This document shows, in pieces, positions 24,474 through 37,900 of a stretch of DNA of 64,000 nt. A program made the translations under genes and the position numbers. A model generated the notes under the pieces. That model did no database searches. It saw only the letters and a list, made by a program, of their open reading frames with translations, and had not been told where the DNA came from. The DNA lies in the NCBI GenBank assembly GCA_040954595.2, contig CM082580.2:5198783-5262782 (forward strand). The letters are read 5' to 3'. This DNA is from Balanoglossus misakiensis. Taxonomy: Eukaryota > Animalia > Hemichordata. Position 1 is the stretch's first letter; each line of letters opens with the position of its first letter.

Positions 24474-27400
24474 TCAGTAGTTCTCCTCGACGTACTTGAT
24501 CAGTCTCTTCCTGTCTTTGCCACTTTTGATGGTGTGCAACCAGTACTGGACACAGCTATTCTGACAGTTCTTGAGTTCTCCTTTTTCGAATATTTCTCTC
24601 AGAACAAACTCCACAAATGGTGTCTTCAGATGCTCATAACCGAGCTCTCCCAGGGATTTCAATATCCTTGTTATCCTCAGGTAGTTGTGCATGGATCTGT
24701 GAAAGATTACCAAATATTATATTTATGCAATGTACTTTTTTAAAAAGACAAAAGAAAAACCAACTGATATACACGCATTTATGCATCTGAATAGTGTACT
24801 GTTCCCTACATTCTGGAGCCAGGGTTCTCTTCTCACAACAGTTGGGCCTGACCAGCACTCAAGTGAAAAAGCTAGCAAGCAAAGGCTGCCAGCAGGTGCT
24901 ATTTTGTCTCACATTGATACATTGATGAATGGGTATGACTTGCACTAGACAAGAAAAGTAATGAATACGAACATTAATGAGCATGAATATAAATGAATAG
25001 CCAGCACCCAAGTTAAGCTGGACAGAAACCTGTGGTTCTATTCCCAAATGGACACATTTGACCATGGCTACCAGAGGTAGTGTACTACCATCGAAATAAT
25101 GACCATGACGCATCCACTTCAGTTTACAAAAAGATATCAGGAATGCTCGCTTCACGGGACTTTCCTTTGAATATCTGGACAACAAGAAAAGAACCAGTGT
25201 CCAAGCTACTTGCCTGCTGAGATGACGATATCTTTCCCTAAAATGTGGAGCCCTCTTTATTGTTCCCTTCTGCTTGTCCTCCAGTTCCATGCCGTAGAAA
25301 TCCAGCATCATTTGGTAGGATTTCAGCACCCTGGCTGATGACTTTCGATCACTTTTGATCCCCTAGAAAAAACAAAAAACAAGAACACCCAAAAATGTTT
25401 TAAGGGAAGAAGTGTGCACATTTGGATATTGTTTCCCTAGGGAACTAATTTATGTCACTGTTGCTATAGTAACGGTAGCTGTTTGCCACCAACACCTACA
25501 CATGACCATGTAGCCAGCTGGTCACCGTTGAGGGCGCACTATTTAACCTCATGGATCAGTTGATGCTGGATTCAAACTGCAGACAATAACTAATCTGTCT
25601 GGTAATGGCTAATACAACCATGATGGAAAATTTAATGAGAGATGGAAACATCAAGTGTAGCTATTTTGTGTCAAATTTAACTTTATTTGACATCAATTCC
25701 CGAACACACTACGAATACACTCGAATTTGTCTCTTCTGATAGGAGAGCTGATAAACAAGTTATTTTTCACACAATTTACACAAACGTGCACCCAGAAACA
25801 ATATCTATTTAGTACTGCAATATTAAAATGATCTCACCTCGGCCTCATGCAACTGTAACTCTTGCGCCTGATAGTTGACACCACTCTCTCTGATGGGGAA
25901 CAACCTGTAAGGAAAGAAGTTGAACATGCAGTGACTTCGCTGCGTCGTCATAAGGTGGCCAAATTCAGACCTCAAATCTATTTAATCTACTTTCTACACT
26001 GCATTCCTGTGAACCAAACAGACATTTCTTATCAAAGTCACACATCTGTCCCACCCTCCCCAACTACTATACCTACCACTGGATGAAACCATGGTGGCTC
26101 TCCAGCAGATCAAAGTTTCCCCACCAGTTTCTATGGATGTTGTCAATATAATCACCTGAAAGTGAAGAAAATGTTATGAATTTCATCATCCAAAAGCATG
26201 TTGGTATAATTTTTCCTGAGCAAAATATTCCCATTTTGGTAAATTTTCCTGTATTGATGAACTTTTGAAACTAGTAATATATACATGTATGGATACAACT
26301 GAGACTAATAGCATCTCACTCTGAAGGCCTGGGATCAGATTGCGACTTGTGGGAGACAAAATATCTTCAATTCCTGTGAGAATTCTTCTAAGTAGTTCAT
26401 CTCTAGCTTATATACATGCAGTGCATACGTACCTCGTGGTTCTGACGCTATGGCATTCTTGTAAAACAGAACATTATCTTTCAGCGACAGATCATCCTTC
26501 TTGCCCTTTAGAAAGAGAAAAAAAGCACTGTATACCAAAGAATATCACTCCAAAGTGAGCTTTCCATATCAGGCAATTATGTTTATCAACATGCAAATTC
26601 TGATATATATTTTCACAAAATCTCCCCACAACTCTTGACCTAATGAAGCTAAAAAGATAATTCGCCTTGTGCTTGTCAATGGGTTGATGAGTAGATGGTT
26701 GCTGTGGCAACCCTCTGATACATGCAAAAGACACTTCCAAAACCTCACAATCACCGACATGACCTTGTGCTTGCGACATTGACATTTAAACTTACAGGAT
26801 AACCTTGTCTGTAATCTCTTGTGTCTTTGCTGCTCCATTGAGTCACCAGCCTTGGTTTTTTAGCTCTCTGTAGAAAGGAGAAACACGAACTTATAGATAG
26901 TGAAGATATTTCTGTGATAAAACAGATTGTACATGTATAAGGGGGGTTCAAGCACAGCTACCCAGGTCCCAGTGTACGTTTACCCTTACCCTTTAAGCCC
27001 TTACTGCCTAAGACGTAATAATCCTGAAGGAAGGTGACCATTCTAGCTAGAATAAAACCATGGCGTGTCTGATGTGACATTGCATATCCGAACAAAGTTG
27101 CCAATTTTGCCGACATTTTCAAGTTCAGTTTCTAACCTCTCCTGCGCCTGTTTGTCCCCACGGCGACCACCAGCTGTTGCCACCACCACCATGGGTCTCC
27201 TCTTCTGCAGAATCATTATTATCCGTGTCGCTTGATTTGTCGGACTCATCGTCGGTGTGGAAATCCCCCTGCTGAAAGTTGGATGACTCCGGCTGCTTGG
27301 TCTCTGAGTCCGAGCCAGAGCTCAGCTGCGCACGCTCACCATCCGGATCCTTCACAGTGTCCATCTTTTCAGAGTCAGAATCTCCTGCAGATTCGGCCTG

Positions 27401-29000
27401 TTCGTCATTGTTGTATTCCATTGTGGACTGTTCAGTTGTTTGGGAGTCAGTTTGCCTTTGTTGTTCAGGCTCGTCTTCATCTGTCTCCGGTCTTTGATTC
27501 TCAGAGTCAGTGTGGTCACTTCGTTCACTATCCTCCAGATCATCTTCCACTTCATCTGTCTGCTCTTGTTTTTCTTCATCCTGTTTATCTACTAGTACTT
27601 CTTTAACAACATCTTCAACGACTACACTTGTTTCCTCTGGCGGTTGGTCGGTCGTGACTCCATCCTCCTCTTTCACTTCAGCTGTAGCTTCCACTTCCGC
27701 AACCTTGGCAACCGCAGGTTCGACTTCAACAACATCATCAGTTTTCGCAGAGTCCGATTTCTCCGCCGCCCCTTCACCGGAGACGACCGTCTCCTCTTTC
27801 TCCGTGGCGTCAGCCCCGGCACCTTCCAATTCCTCAATCACAACAACGTCATTTTGAGTTTGGGAATCGTCTCTGTCCTCCACTTCCTTCATTTCTTGCT
27901 CTTGTGCATCCTCTTTGATCTCTGCTCGGTCGTTAGGCACGGCGAGGCCTCCTTCTCCCTCTGGTTCAGTCTCCACTCCTGCCACAGTTTGCTCTTTTGG
28001 AACTCGTTCCGTTTCCTCCGACGCAGCCACCTCGTCAGTTTGCCTTTTTGGCTCCACTTGTATCCGAGTCACTCTCTCACCCGGGGCGACTATTCCGTCG
28101 CTGGCAGATCCTATCGACCCTGGGGTCAGCTCTATGTCTTCCCAGTCACCGCCGGCGACATCGCTTTCTTTCCTTTGTCTCGTTTCTCCATCCTCTCCTC
28201 TCTCAACTTTAGTTGCTGGAGCATCATCTTCTACTTGAGGTTCTCTTGCAGCTTCTTCGCTGACCATCATGCGCTCTCCAGCATCTTCCAATGGGTCGGG
28301 ATCTATCAAGCAGCATACTTCAAACAAAACAGGTTGATTCCGTTAACATTTATGGGCAGCACTGGTTAATTAACCATTGGATTATTATTACAATTATATT
28401 ATTTTTTGTCAGTAATACATGTACATTTATGCCAAAGTGGCGGTAACAGACTAAGCTCTCTGATATTTGAGGAATGTTGCCCCACTTTTAGAGATTTGTG
28501 ATACCCTAAATTAACAGGGCGGTAAGACTTCGTTAAAGCTTCCTCCTCCATTATTAGGAGGAGGAGGGGGGAGAGATATGTTGGACCATGTCGATTGCAG
28601 CATATGTTACTGTCACTGCCACTTGACCAGGACTAGGACTGTACCATTTTCTGGTGGGGAGGTTTAGTCATGATGATTTAAAAAAGTACTTCCTAACTCT
28701 AACATGCCCCACCAAAGAATGATATCCAAGTTGACACCGTTTACTACCTTTCCTCAGATTATACGTATATCCTCTGGTACGCCTGCCCGGTGTGCCTGCC
28801 GTTACTTTCGGTTCACCGCTGGCACTGGCAGCTCTTTTTTTCGAAGGCGGTTCGCCATCCTTTCCCGTCATCATTGGTTTCGCTGATTCCGTCGTCTCAG
28901 GATCATCTCGTTGCTTTCCGTACTTTGAGCTTTCTGCGCCCATCTTGTTACCTGTGGACTGCGTTTTTGGTGCACCGGCCTTCCGTTTTCGTCGCCTCAT
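24474..29000 (-). CDS. OGFr/OGFRL1-like protein, copy A (8 coding exons)
   Basis: Same exon series and OGFr_N motifs as copy B; exon 1 29000-28748, acidic exon 2 ~28318-27137, last exon SMHNYLRITRILKSLGELG...EENY stop at 24474. Confidence 0.9.
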
Positions 29001-29051
29001 TGATTTTCCTGGTACTGTCAAGTTTGCAAAGTTATAAATTGCTGTTGGTGA

Positions 29052-29062
29052 TCGCTTCCGGG
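29052..29062 (-). promoter_or_regulatory. ETS/GABP-type CCGGAAG element just upstream of OGFr-like exon 1 (also ~22600 and ~14881)
   Basis: cttccggg retained at the same position in all three paralog promoters, including the diverged copy C. Confidence 0.45.
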
Positions 29063-31912
29063 TTTAGCGCGGGACTTTTTCAGAACGTCATTCCGCAGAA
29101 AAAATCAAGGCCATGTAAAATATTCCCATACTTTCTACAGTATCATAGCTTGAAAATTTAGTGATATATTTCAATCCTTCTATTTTTCATTTGGCCCATT
29201 TAAGATATAAAAAACAATGAATATTTTTCTTAAATACTGTACTGCAAATGCTAGCGTTAAACGTTAAACATGTCATATCCTTGTCTCTAGATGGCGCGCT
29301 GTAGAGCGCATGAAACCGAAACAGTATGTAACCACGGGGAGTAACCGTGATGTAACTAGGGAACACAAAAGGGGAAAAAATCATTCACACTATTGTAAAC
29401 TACCTAAGCTTTATCACTTTCGATTTAAACAAAATCAAATTATTATTAATGGATATCTAAATGCTGACCCAAGTAGGCCTATCCCATATCTCAAAAAATT
29501 AAGTGAATCCATGAAATTTAATTGTCTCTTGCAAGAGTTCATCCAGTAGGATGGATCTCATCTTGGCAACTGTTGAAAAAATCTTCTTGTGTGTTCCTGC
29601 CTGCTGGTTATTTTGAATCTCATCTAAACCAACTGGGTAAATTTTGAAATGCAGCCAGGTGTTGGGGTGAAAGGTCACCATCTGGGTATCAGAATTCAAA
29701 CAAATATGAAATTCCAGGTAATCACGGTGAACGATTCCTAGAAAACACGTCACTACTTCGTTCCTCTTTCATTTCCAGTTTGTGCACATCATCAGAAATA
29801 AAAATGAAAATAGTTTTTTTTTTGCACTAGCTGAGTAGTTTAAAAGGGATTTTGGTTGTAAGTCTGTTCTGTTTCTTGTTCTACTCCCTACACAATGTTG
29901 ACATTCAGCATGTTTGATGACAATTGAAATTTTAGCCCAGTCTAAAATTCACTTTAATTTGTCTACAATAACAGTGCACTTGACATGCATGTATACCTAC
30001 TGTGAGGAGAAGCGGATTACTTTGACATTTCAACAATAAACAGAAAGTCCAATGTTCCATATTCTATATGTAAAATTTATTGCTCACATCTCTTTTTTGC
30101 TTAACACATGAAATATATTACATCTCGTCACAGACATGAACGAAACATTACATCAACACCATAATATAGACATACATCTACAATGTGCGTGGTAGATTTA
30201 CCCCGAAAAGCTTCAGAAAATAAGTCACGCTATCTATAATATAATTTACATAATGAGCATTTACATAAATCCATGGCAACTGCCAATCAGGTTGTAGACA
30301 AACCAACAGGACAAAAAACTGCAGGGACTGGCATGTATTATGAGCTGACAATGCCACAAGAAACACATTGCATTTAAGAAAAATTAAACCTATAAATTTT
30401 TCCTACTAAATGTCATTATCAACACAAGAAAAGAAGTACAATCACATGCTACACTCATGAAGTGCATTTGACTTCTTACATGATCAAGAACAGATGTATC
30501 ATTTGTAACTTACTAATCAGAACTTGGCAACACATACATGTGTATGTTGAAGTTCTGTAATTACACATATATCCACAATAACATTTACACACAAAGAGAA
30601 AAAATCCATATATAATCTCTCAGATATTATTGCCATAGTAAATGGTGCATGTACACTCAATCTTAAAGCATTGTGAAGAAAGTATACATTTAGTAAATTT
30701 TCTACAAACTTACAAGAACACAACGAATTCATTGTTGCCACACTACAGGGTCGAATGTAGATTTGGTGTGCAGAGTGTTGCCATAGTAATTTCATCCCTT
30801 TGCCCCACAATAAAATAAATAACATCTGTAAACTAGTACATTTACATAGAATACTCAATTGACATGACATAGAACAACAATTGCCTAGTAATTCCCAAGA
30901 CACCATATTGACATCAGGTGAGCGGTTGAACTTCTTCAGCAGCAAAAGTCATAGCTTTAAGCCACAGCCATTCAAGAAAAAAATATAAAATATATACTGA
31001 TGGCAGCAAAAACTTACAAAAAAACAGACAACAACGTAAACAAAGAAAAAAAATACATCAGACTAAAATATGGCATGACAACACAAGTGTGACTGTGCAT
31101 GAACAATATAACTGTTAACATTCATGTCTCCTTGCAAAATATGAAGCTAAAAAATTCAAACTGGCTTGCTAAAAAACAAGTTTCCGCTTGTAAACACAAA
31201 TTCACACATTGTCTGGAAGCAACATCACCTGTAGTGATGTAAATTGTTAAAATTCCATCTGATCTCTCGTGTGAAAAATGAAAGACTTCATATCTCAGGG
31301 TAAAGTCCTAAGTAAAATATGTGAGAACTGAAAGATATAGATTATTGCTACATGTATGAAAGCAACATACCAGTAAGCGTTGTAAATGCGTCTATCGTGG
31401 GTAAATGTTTAATACTCTACAGTAAGTAAATTTAATATTCTATTGAATTTAATACTCAGCCCATTGTTGAAATGGAGGACAGGAGACCCTGTAGTCAAAA
31501 GAATCTGTCTATATTTAGGTTTATTCTAATGAGCTTTACCTTCAATTCAAACCCTTCCACCCTTTTGCCTGTGGCTAATTCTTACTGTGTTGATGACAAC
31601 AGGGTTGGACCACATGTTGGCAGGGAAAGGGTAAAAGGTGTACAGTCACCTAGTATGCAAATAAAGCCACAGTTACAGATCTAGACAATTACAGCTTTTT
31701 CAGTGAGTGGCCATCCACGAAAAAAAGAGTGTGCCACCACATGGTCATTTAGAAGACTTAGACAAGCCTTTTTGACCATATACGGGCATATGTAAATCAG
31801 AGGCGACTGTATTCCTTTCAGGGATATGTGCATATAAGCGCATTATTGCTGGAAAAATATACCCTTTCTCTTGCCAACTCCACAATTTTTTTTTCTGTAA
31901 TCACAAACACCT

Positions 31913-34900
31913 TCAATCTGTTGGTGTATTAGGATTGCTCTTTTTTGTTCTAGGGGGCACGACAGGAGGAGGGGCGTCTGTGTCACCTTGCAACAAAGCA
32001 GGATCCAGCTTTGGCATCACTCTGGGTCTTGTGGGGACGGGTGGCGGGGGGCCCGTTCCTGCGAGCGGAGGAGGGGTCGCCGAGTGGGTCGGCGATCCTA
32101 TCGACGTCGTCGGCGTGGATGACACTGGCGAGACGGCTGGCGTCAGCTGCACCGGTTGCAGCGGGACTGCGCTGCAGTGAAAGCCGCTGCTGTTGTTGGG
32201 AGTCGCGAAGATGTCGTCGTTGACTCCGAAACCGGCGGAGGTGTCGTCGTCATCGTCGAATTTGGTCCACCCCTGCTGCTGCTGCTGCGACGCCTGGAGT
32301 GTCGCGTTCGGTCGGGACTGCGGCAGGGGAGGCGGAGGGCTCGGTGTTCCCCTGGTGGTCTCTTGAACTCTGTTGAGTTGGTTTGGTCTGGTGTTTGGCA
32401 CTGGTGGTGCTGCTGCTGGTGCTAGCTGGGCGCTGCCTACCTCCGGCGCTAAGCTCAGCGGTCTATTCGGTCTCGCGGTCGGTAACGTCAGGGCTGTCGA
32501 CATCTCCCCATGCACCATGCTCTGAGGTCTCGCGGCCGGTCTGGACTGCGGTATCGGCGGCGCCGCCAGCTCGATCTCAACTTCCGCCTTCTCCACGGGG
32601 GTCAGTGACCGGGCGGGTCGACTGGCCGGCACCGGTGGAGGTATCTGTGGCACTGCAACTTCTGCCGGGGGAGGCTGTACGCGAGGCCTGGCAGCAGGGA
32701 CCGGCGGCGCAGACCGGCTTGGTTTGATGTGACTGGTCCTCGGCGCCGGCTGGGGTGCAGCAGTGGGCTCGGGCTGCACAGCCTCGGTCGGTGGCGCCAT
32801 ACCCGTCAGCATTTCCTCACTTTTATTCCTCGGCAAGGAATCGGAAAAAGCGGACTCGGTCGCGCCCTTGTCGGTGTCCATGTCTTTGAGTTCTGGGGCG
32901 CTGCTGTTGTGGGGCATGGCTGGTTTTGTCGACGTAGTCGGCTGACCGAGAACATCCATTCCAAGATCTTGCAGTAGCTGCATCGCTTCGGCTTCAGTGG
33001 AGGCATGCCCTGAATGCTCTACACTGAAAGGCGTGCTGATTCTTGAGGGCTGAAAAATGCAGCAGAGAAATACTTTACAAAACTTACATTTACAAAATAT
33101 TAATGTATTTGCACTGACATGCCCTCTGTGGAGCAGGACAGCTCACTCTTTTCAAAGGACACTGTCATACATTTGAAAGCACGGTGAATTTTTCTGAGTT
33201 TTGTCTGCATGTCCTTGGCTTAAAGAATGCATGTATGTATTACTTTGAACGCCAACTATTATGTTTATTCACAGACTAAGGAAATGAAATTGTCCAGATT
33301 GGTGTTTTTCCTCTGCTGGCTTTCAGTTCTATCAAGAGTCAAATGATGCAAAAGCTGCTTCAACTCACCCTGTAAACACTCTGCTTTGATTTAGTTGCAG
33401 CGGTAGAAGTGGCAGTTGTCGGCTTGGGCGCAGCTTGGCCGGCGGGTCTTCCGGCCGGTCTAGAAGGAGCACCCCCTGGCAGCTTGCTGGGTGGTGGTGG
33501 TCTCTTCGGAGGGGGAGGTCTACTGGGGGGCTGCTTCTTTTCTGGTTGGACTTCCGGCTGTACGGTCAGTGGGGAGGTCGTCAGGGAGTGTGGAGTCGTC
33601 GGCCGCGAGCCTGTGGGTGTCACGACTTCCGGGGCCAAGGGTGGCGGGAGTATGTTTACCTGGGGGGCTGCCTCCTCCTCCTCTTCGTACTCCTCCACTT
33701 CCTCCAACTCATCATCATCTGGGCATTTGTAGAAATAAAATACAAATGTACATCACTGGTGATACTATTCTGCTATTTTGCTCCAAAACTGTATGCATGA
33801 ATGACACATATAAAAATTATAAAAATCTATTCATAATAAAAACAACATTTATCTGGTGAGCAAAGTTTTGATAAAGAAATATAAACACATACATGTACAT
33901 CATGTATATGAAAAACGCTGATTTAAGTTTTATTCATTTAAGCTAACAGTGAAACTTTATCAATAATTGTCAACCTTCCTCTATTAAAAAACCCCCAAAA
34001 GTATTCATTACTTCTGTATTTAACCACAACCCTTCACTCACCCTCAATGTCAAAGCTCATTGAAGGAATATCAAAGCTCTCGCCAAGCAGACTGTTACTG
34101 ACAGGATTGTAGAGTCTTTCAGTGTTGGCCGTACACAGTGACAGTTCTTGCTCCAGTAATTCGAGCCACTTCTCTGTCTGTAGTCTCACTTCCAGGATTT
34201 TACCATTCACCTGAAAAAAAGTGGTTAGGGTAGAATCAAAGTCAAATAACATTACTGCGAATCACTGCCAAAGCGACAGTCAAAACTTCCATCAAAAGGC
34301 TACTTGTCATTTACCAGACTATCTGGTCGACTGAAAGATAGACATCAGACCTGCGCTGAGGATTGTGGACGAAATGTTGGCAGCATGTGTGATGGAAAAA
34401 GGTGGCAAAGCAAAGTGCAACTTTTATCTTTTAGGAAACTGAAATGAGCTTTTTCTGCACACCCACCTCCATATTGTTGTATTCAATGGCAGCCAGAGCC
34501 CTCTTGCCATTCTGAAATGTTAACAACATATCACTCTCCACAAATCTGAAATGGGAAATAAAAAGCCCAGATGAAAATGAAAGAATGGTATCATCGTCTA
34601 TCAGTGAAGGTGATGACAAGACTTCATCTGCACTGGTGTTTATATAATGTCTCAATAACTCGCAGCCTTGGCCAGAAGATATTACTCATTCCCATTAATT
34701 ACTGATGCTTTCAGAATAATTCACAGGTGGGCTGACCATATTTCAACCACAAGTAACTGAAATATCTGCCCAGATGGAAACCTGTGGAAAGTGCCGTAAT
34801 CATAGCCTACACTTAAAAAATATTACCCTGTTTGCAGCAACATTTTACTTGCATGTCTCATGGCGTATGTAAATTTTTGTCAAAAATTTATTACTAGGAG

Positions 34901-37900
34901 ACGGAACACCTGGTATGTCATTTTTACCTGACCAGGATGATCTGTCCCACAGCTGCTGTGAGTGAGTCTAAAATGGCGTCGATGTCTGCATCGTCAAACT
35001 CCTCTGCACTGCCTGGAGCTGTTGCTATGGAAACAATCACGGTGCTGTCAGGAGGGCCTTGTTGATGTATGACATCCTCGTAGACCTGCTGTCTGCTCTC
35101 TTCGTCGATGTGTTGGATTTCGACCTCGATGATTCCGATCACTGGCCTGGTGCGAGTCAAAATTTGAACATGTTAGTTAGACTGCACAATGATCAAAACA
35201 TTTTGCTATGGCAGCGTGTGGCTTTTCATTGCCAATTAGTACTAGTGGCTCATCTGTGAAGTGCTGTGATAGTCTAAAAGTTGCTTAGCCATAATTCTTG
35301 TTCCATGAACACTAAATCACAGGCTTCCTTCATATGGATTTATAGAACATAAATGTAAGTCACAAATCAGCTTATAAATGAACTTAATTGGCTTCCTTCT
35401 GACTGTCTGTCCAGTTACTCAACACTGAAGTGAAACTCAAAATCTGTCTCCACACATGTTAATGCACTGTTCATCCAACTGACCTGTGATCTGATGTTTT
35501 CAGCTCGGCTCGGCCGTAATGCAGAATTCTACCTGGATTCCAGTCCTCATCGCCCTCTTCACCTTCTGTACAGAAACCATGGCAACAAAAAATTCTTGTC
35601 ACAAAACTTTGAAATGTCAGTATTGATAAGTATGACAATGGCTGGTAAACTCACTAGCTGTGTTAGCAGGTAAAATGGCATCAACTTTACAGGCTTTGGT
35701 TTTTCAATCCACAAAACAATATCCAAAACTTCATTCAGTGCAAAGATAAAATCATGAAGGGCAACTTTACCTGGTTTTCTCCTTCTCCTCCTCTTCCACA
35801 AAACCCTGTCAGTCCAAGCAGGAGTCCTCATTTTATCACTGGTGTCGTAGTCATCGGAGAACAGGTCATACTTGTATGTCGGCGCAAACTTGATATCACC
35901 CTCACTGAACCCCTGAAACACCTGTTCGGAGACAGAGAGTGGAATAAACCAATTATTGCAGTTGTCATCACAAGCCCTCAGAAAGATCGACTATAGTAAG
36001 TACAAACAGTGAATGATAACCATGGTAACCATACCTGCCCTTCTTTTCTCTGCAATATGAGCTGGTCATAGTGTTTCAAAGCTTCCCAGTTTTCGATGCT
36101 GACCAGCTGTTTCACTTCGTCGTTGGGCAGATCGATTCTGTAGTTGAAATCGCCGCACCAAAATACGTAGTCATGGGAGTGAAGGAAACGTCCCTGTGAA
36201 ATACAGTGTGACACACATGATGGTGTGGGTCACAGCATTCCATTGCAGAGATTGCACCAAATGTTAATATAATATTCTATAATATACTTTGTATAGAGAC
36301 TTTGTATCCAGTGTTAGACAGAGCTGATACATTGTATAGTCAACTACCAAAGGGAATACCCTTCTGAGAATAAGAATGGTGGTTTTCTTCAAAAGCTAAA
36401 ATAATAATGTATGAATTTTATATATGTACAGACAGACTGTTTATGAACAGACAAAATGTTTTTCTTGAAAAAATAGATTGCATGTTAAAAAAATTCTCAA
36501 ACTCATTGATAATGTGGAAGTAAAAATTACAGTTCTCACTGATTGACATAAAATTGACTACAAATTTCTTGAGACTTACCATGGGGAAGAGAATCTTTTT
36601 GGTTATTTCTTGATAGTCGTCGTTTCGTTCTTTGACCTGAGATTGTCCGGCGGCCAGATGGGCACACACAAAACACATGGAGGTACTTTGGAATATCAAT
36701 CGGATTGCCACGCCCCCTTTGTTGCCTGCTGCACCTTTCAGACCGGTCTTTACCGTCTCAACTGCAACATCCCTACAATGAATGGAACATTCCATTGAGC
36801 AGGATGGAAACGACTTTGGTTATTTGGGTCAGGTTATTCTTATCAATGGCTAGGGATGGTGGAAACTGTTTCAACAGTTACGGAAAAAAAATGAAGTTAC
36901 AAATTCAACATTCTTGGTATGTGCAAAATTACTGATCAAAGTCTAAAGATTAAACATTGCATGTGTTTCCTACGATTGTGGCATAGTCAGCCAAACTGAG
37001 GGCACAGCGCGGTCTGAATAAAATCACATATAAAATCGGTTCTTTGCCAGTCTGTTCTAGGATGTGAGCCTCTCTACGGAAAGATTGAGCCAACTCTACA
37101 TCTGATTTTAATCAGATTTACCACAATCCCTCCAATAGTTGGCGTATTTGTATGGTATCCATCAAAATCAACCGTTTTCTGATATACATGTACCAAGAAA
37201 AGAGCTTACCTGATGTACGGCGCATGCTTCGGTCTGACAAATATATACAGACACACTCCCACGAGTTGTTCCGATGCCAGCAACACATACTTGTTGTCTC
37301 TTGACAAAGTCTTCTGCAGCTCAGCTCCCCATTGCTTCTGATTTGTCGTACTGAATAAGATTGAGTGAAAACAAAATAATGCAGGTTGTGTAATTTCAGG
37401 TCAATCAAAGAGTTACTGAGTTACTAACAGTAATCTCAACAGTTTCATACCCTAATTCTACACACATTGGGTCAGCCAAGCAATGAGAGGGACAGCGGTG
37501 TTGATGTTTGGGTGGGGGGGGGGGGGGGGGGTCTGGACAGTGCCCTCAGTGGATGAATCTAATTGCAGCAGGAACTTTCCGTCATGCAAAAGTATTACAC
37601 AAAATGCAGCTATTACCCTACTGTATGTGAAGAATAAATTTTATACAACAAATGAAAGTCAATATTAAGGGACAATGCATCACACATGTTTTTGCGGACT
37701 TTCCTATATCACGTGTTGTAACTGTTACTCACCTGGCACTGATGATATTGCCAGCGCTCAGATCAACCATTTCTTCAAAGCCAATAGCATAAATATCAAC
37801 CGGTACACTAAAATCAATGTGACTATCCACATTATCTGAAATTGAGCATTTGGACATTTTTAAGAAACACAAAGAAAGGTACCAGGTGGTATAGCCAATG

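Larger units (their letters stand above)
15240..29699. repeat. Tandem segmental duplication: unit B ~15240-23249 and unit A ~23250-29699, plus more diverged partial unit C ~13520-15140
   Basis: Colinear high-identity match across exons, introns, UTR and promoter (e.g. 15311-15460 vs 23321-23460; 22150-23249 vs 28610-29699); shared sequence ends at ...gggtatcagaattcaa. Confidence 0.95.
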
